From: Tepidisphaera sp.
GTDB lineage: Bacteria > Planctomycetota > Phycisphaerae > Phycisphaerales > UBA1924
Reading direction: 5' to 3'
Assembly: GCA_050916045.1 (NCBI GenBank)
Contig: CP051526.1
Location: 1,568,001-1,632,000 of the forward strand
DNA: 64,000 nt
The notes beneath the pieces were generated by a model. The model worked only from the letters and a program-made list of their open reading frames with translations. It was not told where the DNA came from and searched no databases. The position numbers and the translations under genes were made by a program. Of this stretch, positions 1 through 9,320 are shown in pieces (the stretch's first letter is position 1; every line of letters begins with the position of its first letter).

Positions 1-2
1 AC

Positions 3-674
3 CAAGTGCCCCGTTTCGGCCGCCGAGATCGCCAGCGCCGTCGTCTCCAGGTCTCGCATTTCGCCCACCAGGATGATGTCCGGGTCCTGACGAAGGATGT
101 GCTTCAGGCCCGACGCAAAGCTCGGCATGTCCTGCCCAAGCTCACGCTGCTCGATCGTGCACTTGTCCGAGTTGAAGACGTATTCGACCGGGTCCTCAAG
201 CGTGATGATGTGCTTGCTGTACCGCTGATTCATCGCCGAGATCATCGCGGCAAGCGTCGTCGACTTACCCGAACCCGTGTCCCCCGTGACGAGCACCAGC
301 CCGCGGGGAAGGTACGTCAGACGTGCGATGACCTCGGGCAAGCTCAGGTTCGCCAAAGGCGGCACCTTCGTCTTGATCATTCGCATCGCAAACGCCACGG
401 CGCCCTTCTGACGGTGGGCGTTCACGCGGTAGCGGGCCAGCCCGTCCGCGAAGTACGAGAAGTCCGAGTCGTGGTTCTTCTCGAAGGTCGCTTGCGACTC
501 CTTCGTCGCCATCTGGAGCAGGAACCCCTGCGCCGTGTCCTTGGCGATGATCCCGAACTCCACCATCGGCGTCATCACCTGGTTGATCCGGCAGACCGGC
601 GTCTGACCCGCGATCAGGTGCACGTCCGAAGCGTCCAACTCATAAGCCTTCTTCAGAATCTGGTGCAGGTCCAC
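3..674 (-). CDS. pilT: Type IV pilus twitching-motility ATPase PilT/PilU (3' end outside window)
   Basis: Manual minus-strand translation from GTG 674 (GGAGG upstream): MDLHQILKKAYELDASDVHL...GLVLVTGDTGSGKSTT (Walker A)...IITLEDPVE...LRQDPDIILVGEMRD...AAETGHL. Confidence 0.92.
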   Translation of the reverse strand, partial: MDLHQILKKAYELDASDVHLIAGQTPVCRINQVMTPMVEFGIIAKDTAQGFLLQMATKESQATFEKNHDSDFSYFADGLARYRVNAHRQKGAVAFAMRMIKTKVPPLANLSLPEVIARLTYLPRGLVLVTGDTGSGKSTTLAAMISAMNQRYSKHIITLEDPVEYVFNSDKCTIEQRELGQDMPSFASGLKHILRQDPDIILVGEMRDLETTALAISAAETGHL

Positions 675-834
675 AGCGTGCTCCTCCGGGGGTTCGGGTC
701 TTCGGGGAAACCATCGGCGATTCCCCGACCCCGGATAAGCGGCAGACACGATTCATCTGCGGCCCGAGCCGACCCCCCGAGGTCCGAGATCACCGGGGAC
801 CCCGGACTGGCGTACGAATCGACGGCCCCGTCGC

Positions 835-1737
835 ATGGCGTTCCCCGCGTCGCGGTACCATGAAGAACGAATGATGCCCGCGACAGGCCATTCTGACGAC
901 ATCCCTGCGTCGTGCGACCGCGCGATGCGGCACGTCCGAGAGCGCTGCGCCGGCGAACCCATGGACGGAGAGCTCCGCGTCTGCGTGCACTTCCACCCCG
1001 ACCGCCTCGTGCTCGGCGAGCCGATCCTCGAACGGATCGGCCGCGAAGGTGTTTACCGGTCGCAGTTCGAGACCGGCCATAGCAACGGCGGCCTCACCGC
1101 ACACCCGGGCGGCGACCGCTGGCGATGGGAAAGCCGGATCTTCGGCGGCGCCTACGACGACGCTCCGGCGCACGAGCGTCCCAAGTACGGTGCGCTCAAC
1201 TTTCGCGGTTCCGGGTATGGAGCTTCGCCCCGCTTTGGCTCATCCCATTTGCGTCTCAACGCCGGGACGCTTCGGCGAACAACCTTCTGTTATCCGGACA
1301 GCGTCTACAACCCCGATCACTTCGGCACCGCCGACCGAATGCCGCTGATACCCCTCGCCGCCGCCAGACGCGACGACCCGCTGGACGAGTACATCGAAGC
1401 CCATGTCCACGGGCCGATTCTTCTCCCCCGCGATGTGGAAGCCCTCGTCCTGGATCCCTGCTATCGCGGCACGGACATCGAACGGCAAGCCGAGACGCTG
1501 GGTTGCCCGGTCGAGTGGCACTCCGGGTTCACCCTCTCGACGGAGGTCCTCTGCGCCTTCCCGGAGTATCGCGGACGTCAGTTCGTCGCTCTCGGTGTGA
1601 CACTCGCTCACGCCGGTGTCCTCACCCCGCGCCTGATCGGCGATGCCTCCCGCCGCGGCGAGCACGATGAGCAATCGCTCAAGCGCGTCTGGCACTACCT
1701 CGCCCGTTTCGGGGCCGAAACGACGTTCCAGCGGTGA
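835..1737 (+). CDS. DUF3626-like protein (start may be ATG 871)
   Basis: Motifs ERPKYGALN, RFGSSHLRL, RTTFCYPDS, YIEAHVHG, VEALVLDP. Confidence 0.75.
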   Translation: MAFPASRYHEERMMPATGHSDDIPASCDRAMRHVRERCAGEPMDGELRVCVHFHPDRLVLGEPILERIGREGVYRSQFETGHSNGGLTAHPGGDRWRWESRIFGGAYDDAPAHERPKYGALNFRGSGYGASPRFGSSHLRLNAGTLRRTTFCYPDSVYNPDHFGTADRMPLIPLAAARRDDPLDEYIEAHVHGPILLPRDVEALVLDPCYRGTDIERQAETLGCPVEWHSGFTLSTEVLCAFPEYRGRQFVALGVTLAHAGVLTPRLIGDASRRGEHDEQSLKRVWHYLARFGAETTFQR

Positions 1738-1784
1738 ACCCGCTCGCCGTGACGAGCGATCCGGCTTCCTGTAGGATGCTCACC

Positions 1785-4700
1785 ATGCGAATCCTCTTGC
1801 TCGCCTCCGTGCTCGGTCTCTGTTCCGCCGCTCTCGCTCAGCCCCAGGCCGCCGCTCAGAGCGGCACCCCCGCCTGGAAGCCCGTCGAGGGCAAGCTCAT
1901 GTCGAAATGGGCGAAGGATGTCGACCCCAAGAACCCCTGGCCCGAGTACCCGCGCCCGACCATGGTCCGCGAACGCTGGCAGAACCTCAACGGCCTCTGG
2001 GATTACGCCATTCTCCCCAGCAACCAATCCGACACCATCGTCAAGCCCGACGGTCAGATCCTCGTCCCCTTCCCCGTCGAATCCGCCCTCTCAGGCGTCG
2101 GCCGCCGCGTCACCCCCGACCAAACCCTCCACTACAAACGCACCTTCACCGTCCCCGCCGACTGGCGCACCAACGAGCAGCGCGTCCTGCTCCATTTCGG
2201 AGCCGTCGACTGGCACGCCGTCGTCAAAGTCAACGGCAAGCTTGTTGAAGTTCATCTTGGTGGTTACGACCCCTTCTATTGTGACATTACCAATCAACTC
2301 AACCCCGAAGGCGACAACACACTCACCGTCGAGGTGAGAGACCCCACCGACACCGGCGGCCAACCCCGCGGCAAACAATGGGCCGACCCCCACGGCATCT
2401 GGTACACACCCACCACCGGCATCTGGCAGACCGTGTGGATCGAGCCGGTGCCGAAAGCCCACCTCCCGTTTGTTGGTGTGACCAGAGCGGATGCGAGCGG
2501 CGTTGTCAACTTTCAATTCTCATTCGACCTCGGATTTGATATCGGTGATCAGCACCCGGACGGGTTGTACAAGACCTCCGGCACAATCTCGCGCAAAGGA
2601 GCCGTCGTCGCGAAGTTCGATGGTCTCAACGCTCTCGTGCGCGACCCGGAACTGTGGTCCCCTGATTCGCCGACACTTTACGACTACGAGTTCACGCTCG
2701 AAGTCAAAGGTGCGAAAGACACCGTCAGAGGCTACCTCGCGTTCCGCGATGTCAAACTCGCCAAAGACGATGCTGGTGTCCAACGCCTGTTCCTCAACGG
2801 CAAGCCCACGTTCATGTTCGGCCCCCTCGACCAAGGCTTCTGGCCCGACGGCCTTTACACGCCCCCAACCGAAGCCGCGATGCAGTTCGACATCGAAGCC
2901 GCGAAAAGGATGGGCTGCAACATGCTCCGCAAGCATGTCAAGGTCGAGTCCGAGCGCTTCTACTACCTCTGCGACAAGCTCGGCATCATGGTCTGGCAAG
3001 ACATCCCAAGCCCGTTCTTTAAGACTGGGACCCCCAAACCGACCGACGAGAACTTCAGCCAGCCCGCGATCAGTGATGCGTGGAAAGCCAACTTCACCAA
3101 CGAGATGCAGCAGATCATCGAGCATAATCGGCACCACCCCTCCATCGTCATGTGGGTCCCGTGGAATGAAGGCTGGGGCCAGAACGACCTCCAATGGTCC
3201 AAGACCGTTGTCGACGCTTTCAAAGACTTCGACCCCTCCCGCCTGATCAACTGCGCCTCCGGCTGGACCGACACCGGCAACGGCGACGTCCTCGACATCC
3301 ACATCTACCCCGGCCCCGCGACGACGACGCTTCAGAAGGATCGAGCGGTCGTTCTCGGCGAATACGGCGGCTTGGGCCTCCCCATCGACGGCCACACCTG
3401 GCAGAAGAAGGACAACTGGGGCTACGTCTCGTACAAGTCCAAGGAAGAGGTCACGAAAGCCTACCTCGACCAGCTCCGCCAGATCCCCTCGCTCATCGCT
3501 CAGGGCCTCGCCGCCGCCGTCTACACGCAGACCACCGACGTCGAGATCGAGACCAACGGCTGGCTCACCTACGACCGCGAGATCTGGAAGATCGACCCCG
3601 AGCAAGCCCGCCCGCTCACGCTCGCCCTCTACGCCCCGCCGCCCACCATCAAGACGCTCGTTGCGCGAGCCGGCGACCTCAGCGGTCAAGCCGCCGGCGA
3701 GTGGAAGTACACCACCACCAAGCCGGCCGACGGCTGGGAAAAGCCCGGCTTCGACGACTCCAAGTGGCAGACCGGCAAGGGCGGCTTTGGCACCAAAAAC
3801 ACCCCCGGCGCGATCATCGGCACCGAGTGGAACGGCAAGGAGATCTGGATCCGCCGCACCTTCGAAGCTCCCGCGTCCGTCGTCAATCCGCACCTCTCGA
3901 TTCACCACGATGAGGATGCCCAGGTCTACTTCAACGGCGAGATGGTGGCGACGTTCAACGGCTACACCAGCGGGTACAAGCTCTCGCAACTAGACGCCAA
4001 AGCCATCGACCTCCTCAAAGCAAACGCAGGCAAACAAATCACCCTCGCCGTCCACTGCTCCCAAACCACCGGCGGCCAGTACATCGACGTCGGACTTGTC
4101 GATGTCATGCCGCCGAAAGCGGCGATGGGCGAGAAACCGAAGGTGTACTTGGCGAAGTTCAAAGGTGAACTCGGGACCGACCTTACTCCGCAGCGATGGA
4201 AGTCCGAGCTCGAGGCCGCGATCGCGTCTTCAAATGTGATGATCATCGATTTTGATGTGGTTTCGACGCCCGTTCCCGGTCAAGCCGCCGAGGCACGTTC
4301 GGCCCTTCTGATGTCGCACACCGATTACGCGCAGTACATTCGTCCTTATGACGAGTCGCCAGCGATTCGGACCGTGCTTTGGATTCGTAACGCTCGCGGG
4401 GCGGCGTCGCTCATCCCTTGGTGGTGCTCAGAGATCTACATGAGGCCGAATGGGGTGATCGGCGGCTTTTCTGATATGTTCAAGAACGCGAACGGCGAGG
4501 TTCGATTTGGTGGCTTCGGCTCTTCGTTGCCTGCGGGGCATGTGCTGGTGAACGCGGAGAAGTCCGGATACTCGGCGAGACTCGTAAACGCGTATCTCAA
4601 CCCGCTGAATTCGTTCAGCTACGCCAAGGTCAATGGCGAGATTATCTATCTCGATCGTGAACCGCGCGAAGGAGAAATTCTGCTGGCGAACGAGTCGAAG

Positions 4701-4829
4701 AATCTTCTGTTTGATGCGGAATTGGCGAGAACGCTGGGTGTGTCGAAAGGCACGACGGATTCGCTTCCTGAGCTGCTTGCCATGCTTCAGATGCCCGATG
4801 CGATGGTGGTGGTCAGTCAGTTTCGGTGA
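1785..4829 (+). CDS. Secreted glycoside hydrolase family 2 with galactose-binding-like domain and C-terminal NfeD/ClpP-crotonase-like extension
   Basis: Signal peptide MRILLLASVLGL; LHFGAVDW, PLDQGFWPDG, HPSIVMWVPWNEGW (acid/base), LGEYGG (nucleophile), YTQTTDVE. Confidence 0.9.
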   Translation: MRILLLASVLGLCSAALAQPQAAAQSGTPAWKPVEGKLMSKWAKDVDPKNPWPEYPRPTMVRERWQNLNGLWDYAILPSNQSDTIVKPDGQILVPFPVESALSGVGRRVTPDQTLHYKRTFTVPADWRTNEQRVLLHFGAVDWHAVVKVNGKLVEVHLGGYDPFYCDITNQLNPEGDNTLTVEVRDPTDTGGQPRGKQWADPHGIWYTPTTGIWQTVWIEPVPKAHLPFVGVTRADASGVVNFQFSFDLGFDIGDQHPDGLYKTSGTISRKGAVVAKFDGLNALVRDPELWSPDSPTLYDYEFTLEVKGAKDTVRGYLAFRDVKLAKDDAGVQRLFLNGKPTFMFGPLDQGFWPDGLYTPPTEAAMQFDIEAAKRMGCNMLRKHVKVESERFYYLCDKLGIMVWQDIPSPFFKTGTPKPTDENFSQPAISDAWKANFTNEMQQIIEHNRHHPSIVMWVPWNEGWGQNDLQWSKTVVDAFKDFDPSRLINCASGWTDTGNGDVLDIHIYPGPATTTLQKDRAVVLGEYGGLGLPIDGHTWQKKDNWGYVSYKSKEEVTKAYLDQLRQIPSLIAQGLAAAVYTQTTDVEIETNGWLTYDREIWKIDPEQARPLTLALYAPPPTIKTLVARAGDLSGQAAGEWKYTTTKPADGWEKPGFDDSKWQTGKGGFGTKNTPGAIIGTEWNGKEIWIRRTFEAPASVVNPHLSIHHDEDAQVYFNGEMVATFNGYTSGYKLSQLDAKAIDLLKANAGKQITLAVHCSQTTGGQYIDVGLVDVMPPKAAMGEKPKVYLAKFKGELGTDLTPQRWKSELEAAIASSNVMIIDFDVVSTPVPGQAAEARSALLMSHTDYAQYIRPYDESPAIRTVLWIRNARGAASLIPWWCSEIYMRPNGVIGGFSDMFKNANGEVRFGGFGSSLPAGHVLVNAEKSGYSARLVNAYLNPLNSFSYAKVNGEIIYLDREPREGEILLANESKNLLFDAELARTLGVSKGTTDSLPELLAMLQMPDAMVVVSQFR

Positions 4830-4841
4830 TTCCGAAGAGAT

Positions 4842-5801
4842 TTACCACCGCACGATCGCCGTCAGCCTCTCCGTCTTCACCGCCTCCCCACGCCGCAGCG
4901 TGTAAACACACGCCTGCGCCGGGCACCGCACCCGCACGCGCGCCACCGCTTCGCCCAGCCCGCGCGAGATGCAAAGCACCGTCCCGCCCAGTCGGTACAT
5001 CCCCGAAGCCAGCCCCGACGGCAGATCCGACGATGTGTGCGGCGTCATCGTCGGGCTCCAGCGCACCTGCCCCCCGTGCGTGTGCCCCGCCAGCACGACA
5101 TCAATCCCAAGCGAAGCCGCCGTGTACACCTCGGTCGGGTAGTGAATGAGAGCGACACGAAAGTCGCCCTCGGACTCCGCCGATGCCCCGACCAGATCCT
5201 CCGGGAAACTCGCTCCCACAACCATCACGCCATTCCCAAGCCGCACCGACTCACGCCCCAGCCACCGCACTCCCCCGACCCGCTTCGCCCGCTTGACGAG
5301 GCCCGCTCCATCATGGTTCCCGAAGATCCCGAAGACGCCAAGCCGCCCGCGAAGCATCGGCGCCAGCCGCTCAAGCATCCCGACGGCCGCATCGTCGTCC
5401 TTCGGGTGGTCCCCGTAGTCGCCGGTCATCGCGACCAGATCGACCGGGTGGTGGGGGAGCCACGCTTCCAGTCGTTGGAGCACGCCCGGCCACGCCGGCC
5501 CGCCCAGGAGCGGCTTCCTGATGTGAAAGTCCGTCAGGTGCAGAATGGTCATCCCTTCGGCTTCGGCCGGAACCGCCGGGTGCACGATCTCGTACCGTTC
5601 GATCAGGCCCCCGGCCTCGTTTGCCGCTGTCGAAGCGGGTCCGGGCGGCCCATGCGACCCCTCCGGGTTGCCGCTGGCGGCGGAATCTGGTAGAGTCCCC
5701 GTCCTATGATCGGGGCCCGGGCGGATACCGACCGGAACCCTGCCCGCTGACTCGTCCCTGCCTGCCTGTTTCCAGCTCGAATTGGAGTTTCCCATGGCCA
5801 A
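4842..5801 (-). CDS. Calcineurin-like metallophosphoesterase (true start uncertain, likely ~5550-5620)
   Basis: HLTDFH, TGDYGD, FGNHD, AGHTHGGQ, SRGLG motifs. Confidence 0.85.
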   Translation of the reverse strand: MAMGNSNSSWKQAGRDESAGRVPVGIRPGPDHRTGTLPDSAASGNPEGSHGPPGPASTAANEAGGLIERYEIVHPAVPAEAEGMTILHLTDFHIRKPLLGGPAWPGVLQRLEAWLPHHPVDLVAMTGDYGDHPKDDDAAVGMLERLAPMLRGRLGVFGIFGNHDGAGLVKRAKRVGGVRWLGRESVRLGNGVMVVGASFPEDLVGASAESEGDFRVALIHYPTEVYTAASLGIDVVLAGHTHGGQVRWSPTMTPHTSSDLPSGLASGMYRLGGTVLCISRGLGEAVARVRVRCPAQACVYTLRRGEAVKTERLTAIVRW

Positions 5802-6615
5802 GATGTTCTACTCCCTCGAAGAAGCCGCCGCCAAGCTCGGCAAGTCGTCCGACGCCTTGCAGGCGATGATCGACCGGCGCGAACTCGAGGTCTTCCGCGA
5901 TCGCGACCGCACCCTCCTCAAGGCCGAGCAGGTCGACCTGCTCGCCGGTGGCAAGGGCGGCGGTGACGATATCAAGCTCGCCGACTCGGGCGAACTCGAA
6001 GCCATCTCCCTCGCTTCTTCCGGCTCCGGCGCCGCCATGGCCGCCGACCCCAAGGAGCAGACCGGCGTCAGCATCTTCGACCTTGCCGGCGATGCGTCCG
6101 ACGACTCCGACCCCTCGGCCGTCACCCGTATCCAGCAGTCCAACTCGATCCTCACCCAGGACCCGGGCAAGTCCGGCTCCGGCCTCATGGACCTCACCCG
6201 CGGTGACATCGACGAGACTGCTCTGGGCCTGACCAACCTCGAAGCCGCGTACTCCGGCTCGGGCTCGGCCGACCAGTCCCGCATCGGCTCGATGGCTCCC
6301 GAAGCCGCGACCGGCGGTGGCGGGCTCTTCGAAGGCAACGCGGCCGCCGAAGCTGCGGCGATGACCCCCGCGATGGTCGCCGCATACGCCGAGCCGTACG
6401 ACGGCCCCGGCTCGGGCTTGGTGGCGGGCCTCTGCTTGGGCGCGATCGTCGCGCTGGCTCTCACCACGTTCGGCCTGCTGGTCGCGATGACCGGTTCGGG
6501 CGCGGGCGCGATTCTGCAGCTCATGGGCGACAACCTCTGGGCCTTTGTCGGTGGTTTCCTTGGGTTCGCGCTCATCGCCGGGCTTATCGGCTTCCTGATG
6601 GGCAAGCGTTCCTGA
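5794..6615 (+). CDS. N-terminal helix-turn-helix, acidic linker, two C-terminal TM helices (planctomycete-type membrane protein)
   Basis: MAKMFYSLEEAAAKLG excisionase/MerR-like HTH; hydrophobic C-terminal segments; GGAG upstream. Confidence 0.75.
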   Translation: MAKMFYSLEEAAAKLGKSSDALQAMIDRRELEVFRDRDRTLLKAEQVDLLAGGKGGGDDIKLADSGELEAISLASSGSGAAMAADPKEQTGVSIFDLAGDASDDSDPSAVTRIQQSNSILTQDPGKSGSGLMDLTRGDIDETALGLTNLEAAYSGSGSADQSRIGSMAPEAATGGGGLFEGNAAAEAAAMTPAMVAAYAEPYDGPGSGLVAGLCLGAIVALALTTFGLLVAMTGSGAGAILQLMGDNLWAFVGGFLGFALIAGLIGFLMGKRS

Positions 6616-6646
6616 TCCGACCCGTCAGAAATACGACAATCAAGCG

Positions 6647-6677
6647 AGCCCCTCCCGAGTTTGGGAGGGGCTTTTTT
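6647..6677 (+). terminator. Rho-independent terminator
   Basis: AGCCCCTCCC-gagttt-GGGAGGGGCT followed by T-tract. Confidence 0.85.
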
Positions 6678-6743
6678 ACGCAATCTGCTCGGTGATGGGC
6701 GATCTCGCCGCACGCGACTCAAGCGATGCACCGTCTGCGGACG

Positions 6744-6783
6744 AAAAAAAAAGACGGCGAGGTGCCCATGCACTCTCGCCGCC
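6744..6783 (-). terminator. Rho-independent terminator (minus strand)
   Basis: Minus RNA GGCGGCGAG-A-GUGC-AUGG-GCAC-CUCGCCGUC-U9; the G-U pair forms only on the minus strand. Confidence 0.85.
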
Positions 6784-6850
6784 AATCCGGGGCAGAAACT
6801 TCAGTTGTCCGGCGATCCCTTGCGGCACCGCGAACTAGGGTGTTTACCCT
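6744..6850 (-). ncRNA. Candidate ~105-nt small RNA
   Basis: Bounded by a sigma28-like promoter and a U9 terminator; 5' hairpin UAGGGU-AAAC-ACCCUA; no convincing ORF. Confidence 0.45.
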
Positions 6851-6855
6851 AAAAC

Positions 6856-6884
6856 ATATCGGCAACACCGTGGCTCGAAGTTGA
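6856..6884 (-). promoter_or_regulatory. sigma28 (FliA/SigD)-like promoter
   Basis: TCAAC-N16-GCCGATAT on minus strand; same spacing as the motif at 23089. Confidence 0.5.
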
Positions 6885-6933
6885 GCTTGTTCGAACAGGA
6901 ATCGCGAATCTCTTCGATTCGATGGTTCTCCGG

Positions 6934-7890
6934 TCAGAAAACCACGTCCCAACATCCGAGAACTCCCGCCACGACGCTCACGATGCCGTTGATCGTAAAG
7001 AAAGCCATGTCGAGGCCGGCTTGGCTGCGTCGGGACAGCACCAGGTGTTCAAGCGCCAAAAGTGCGCACACCAAGCCAACACCCGCCCCGAACACCGGGC
7101 CAAACCGCGCATCACGCGACCACGCCGCCCACAAAGAGCCCGCCGCGACGATGTGCAGTGCGCGTGAGATCCAAAGAGCCGGGCGGACACCCAGCGATGC
7201 CGGCATGCTCGAAAGCCCGCGAGCGCGGTCAAAGCTCACATCCTGCAGGGCGTAGATTACATCAAACCCCGCGACCCAGCAGAGCACGAACCCTGCGATC
7301 CACGGCAGGGCGGCAACAACGCTTCCCACTCCCTCTGATCCCAGTGCAGGAAGGCCGAGCGTGCCTGGGTCCACCGCGATCGCCGCCGCGAGCGGTGCCG
7401 CCGCGAGAGAGCTTCCCAGCACCACGTGGCAAAGCCAGGTGAACCGTTTGGTGTACGAGTAGAACGCGATCCACGCGAGCACGGGGCCCGACAGGATCAG
7501 CGGCCACCAGTTCCCCGCCGCCAGTCCGAAAACGCTCGTCGTCGCGACAAAGCACAACGCCGAGCCCCAGGCCCACCGCCAGCCGTCGCGTGCGCTCATC
7601 GCACCGGCCGCGAAGACCCGCTTGGCCGTGCGGGCGTTCTCGGCGTCGATGTTGCGATCGGCGAGCCGGTTCACGAGCATCGCCCATGTACGGGCCGTGA
7701 CCATGCACGCCACCACCGCCGCGAACATCCACACCGCCGTCCCCGCCGCACGGTCCTTCGGCCACGCCATGGACGCCGCGAGCACCGCGAACGGCAGTGC
7801 GAACACCGAGTGCGAGAGCTTGATGTCGCGAGCGACCAGAGCGAGCTGCGACGGGCGGGATTCGGAGACGGAAGCCGCGGCGTGGGTCAT
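6934..7890 (-). CDS. ubiA: UbiA-family prenyltransferase (4-hydroxybenzoate polyprenyltransferase/MqnP-like)
   Basis: IKLSHSVFALPFA, NRLADRNIDAENART, YSYTKRFT, AGFDVIYALQD. Confidence 0.88.
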   Translation of the reverse strand: MTHAAASVSESRPSQLALVARDIKLSHSVFALPFAVLAASMAWPKDRAAGTAVWMFAAVVACMVTARTWAMLVNRLADRNIDAENARTAKRVFAAGAMSARDGWRWAWGSALCFVATTSVFGLAAGNWWPLILSGPVLAWIAFYSYTKRFTWLCHVVLGSSLAAAPLAAAIAVDPGTLGLPALGSEGVGSVVAALPWIAGFVLCWVAGFDVIYALQDVSFDRARGLSSMPASLGVRPALWISRALHIVAAGSLWAAWSRDARFGPVFGAGVGLVCALLALEHLVLSRRSQAGLDMAFFTINGIVSVVAGVLGCWDVVF

Positions 7891-8175
7891 GAAGCCCAAC
7901 CGTAGGGTGCTCTCGCCGAAGGCTCCGCAGACCGGCCTCGCCGGACCACGGAACGACAACAGGCCCATGAGCCCTCCTCGGGGTCACGAGCCTGTTGCGA
8001 CCATCGCGGCAACAACCCACGCGACAGCGGATTCCCACACCCCGACCCATCCCCCAGTCGCCGAGCGTGCCGACGAAGACCCTCCCTCCTCGGAGTCGCC
8101 TCCGCGACACGCTCTGCCACTGCTCATGCACGCCGCTGTTCTACACCACCGGCGGGCTCGGACGCCACTGTGTGA

Positions 8176-8493
8176 TCCATCAAAGTGCCCCCTTCGCCCG
8201 CCACGGTGTCGTTTGGCTTCTCCTTCGTTGGCAAGACCAAATCTTGAAGTCAATCCTTGAGGTCAGTCCTTCGAGTCAGTCCTTACGCGAGAATCGTCGG
8301 TCGATCGCGAACCGTCTGAGACAGACTCGAAGCCGCGCGACCGCCCACCGCTTTCGCGCGGCGAGAGACTCCGGCTCGATGAACGTCCGTGCCATGCACT
8401 CGGCACCCGAGCGGATGCAGGTTTGAATCCGTGTTGTTCCGTCGAACATCCAAGCAAAAGGCCGCGTGAATCCGGCCTGAGACACCATTCCTT
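8176..8493 (-). ncRNA. Candidate CsrB/Rsm-like ANGGA-rich RNA
   Basis: Nine ANGGA motifs on the minus strand within 318 nt, plus hairpins; no credible ORF. Confidence 0.35.
8233..8284. repeat. Four imperfect 13-bp tandem repeats
   Basis: aagaccaaatctt / gaagtcaatcctt / gaggtcagtcctt / cgagtcagtcctt. Confidence 0.75.
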
Positions 8494-8590
8494 TCGGACC
8501 CGGCCTCGGACCGGTTCCCCGGCCGCCCAAGAAAAGCAAGCGGGGCATCCCGCCGGATCCCACATCCAAAGCCAACCGCCGCAATCTCGC

Positions 8591-9136
8591 TCAGATCGTC
8601 CGGCACACGCCGAGCACCCGCCGGAACACCGGCCGCTCACCGCGCACCAAGCAAGGCCACCGAATGAGATCCGCCGTTCCCTCGGGCCGCTCGACCGCCA
8701 CCACCCAGCCCTCTCTCAGCGAGTCCCGCTCGACGACCGGCCCGAGGATGGCGACATCGCCGCGCTGAAGGCTGACGACGTCGCTTTCCGCTGCCATGAC
8801 CGCCGCGCACCGCGCCTCCTCAAACCCGGGCACGCCGCAAAGCCAGAGCGATTCCTCGCCGGGATCCCGCTTGAGCTCGGCGCGGATCCGCTGTGGCGTC
8901 CGGCACCACGCCGCCGCCCGAACAAACAGGTCCGGCGGAGCTGCGAGCTCGCGTTCCAGCTTGGCCGCCAGATCCGCTTGGGGCGGAGGCCGCTTTCCGC
9001 GCTCGATCGCGGAGAGATACCCCTTCACGCACCCCACCCGCTTGGCCAACTCCTCAAGCGTGAGCCCCCGCGCCAGCCGCAGCTGCCGCATCACCCCGCC
9101 GACCGCGGCCGCCGATTCCGCTGCAAACGGCTCCAT
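8591..9136 (-). CDS. XRE/CI-like transcriptional repressor with degenerate S24 peptidase-like C-terminus
   Basis: MRQLRLARGLTLEELAKRVGCVKGYLSAIERG HTH; C-terminal LQRGDVAIL...GWVVAV pattern. Confidence 0.82.
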   Translation of the reverse strand: MEPFAAESAAAVGGVMRQLRLARGLTLEELAKRVGCVKGYLSAIERGKRPPPQADLAAKLERELAAPPDLFVRAAAWCRTPQRIRAELKRDPGEESLWLCGVPGFEEARCAAVMAAESDVVSLQRGDVAILGPVVERDSLREGWVVAVERPEGTADLIRWPCLVRGERPVFRRVLGVCRTI

Positions 9137-9263
9137 CTCCAGACCTCCGACGCAGCCCCGGTCCGAGGGGCTTCGCGAGGGTGGTTTTACCGTTGTGATT
9201 CCGTAAGTACAACGTTTGTGCGCTGGAAAGGTGTCGATCCGTACACCTCCCGCTCAAAAATGG

Positions 9264-9320
9264 ACAATTCGGTGAAAGATTGGTCGAATTGTGGGGTTTA
9301 TTCACTAGCCGGTGAACAAA
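9264..9320. promoter_or_regulatory. Operator-like inverted repeats in AT-rich divergent intergenic region
   Basis: ACAATTCG(9264-71)..CGAATTGT(9285-92); TTCAC-tagccg-GTGAA (9301-9316). Confidence 0.5.

Noticed and set aside
6..863. 285-aa plus-strand ORF
   Set aside because: Antisense shadow of pilT; likewise 2520-3989, 23936-25771, 30163-31908 and 45015-47831 shadow real genes in high-GC DNA.
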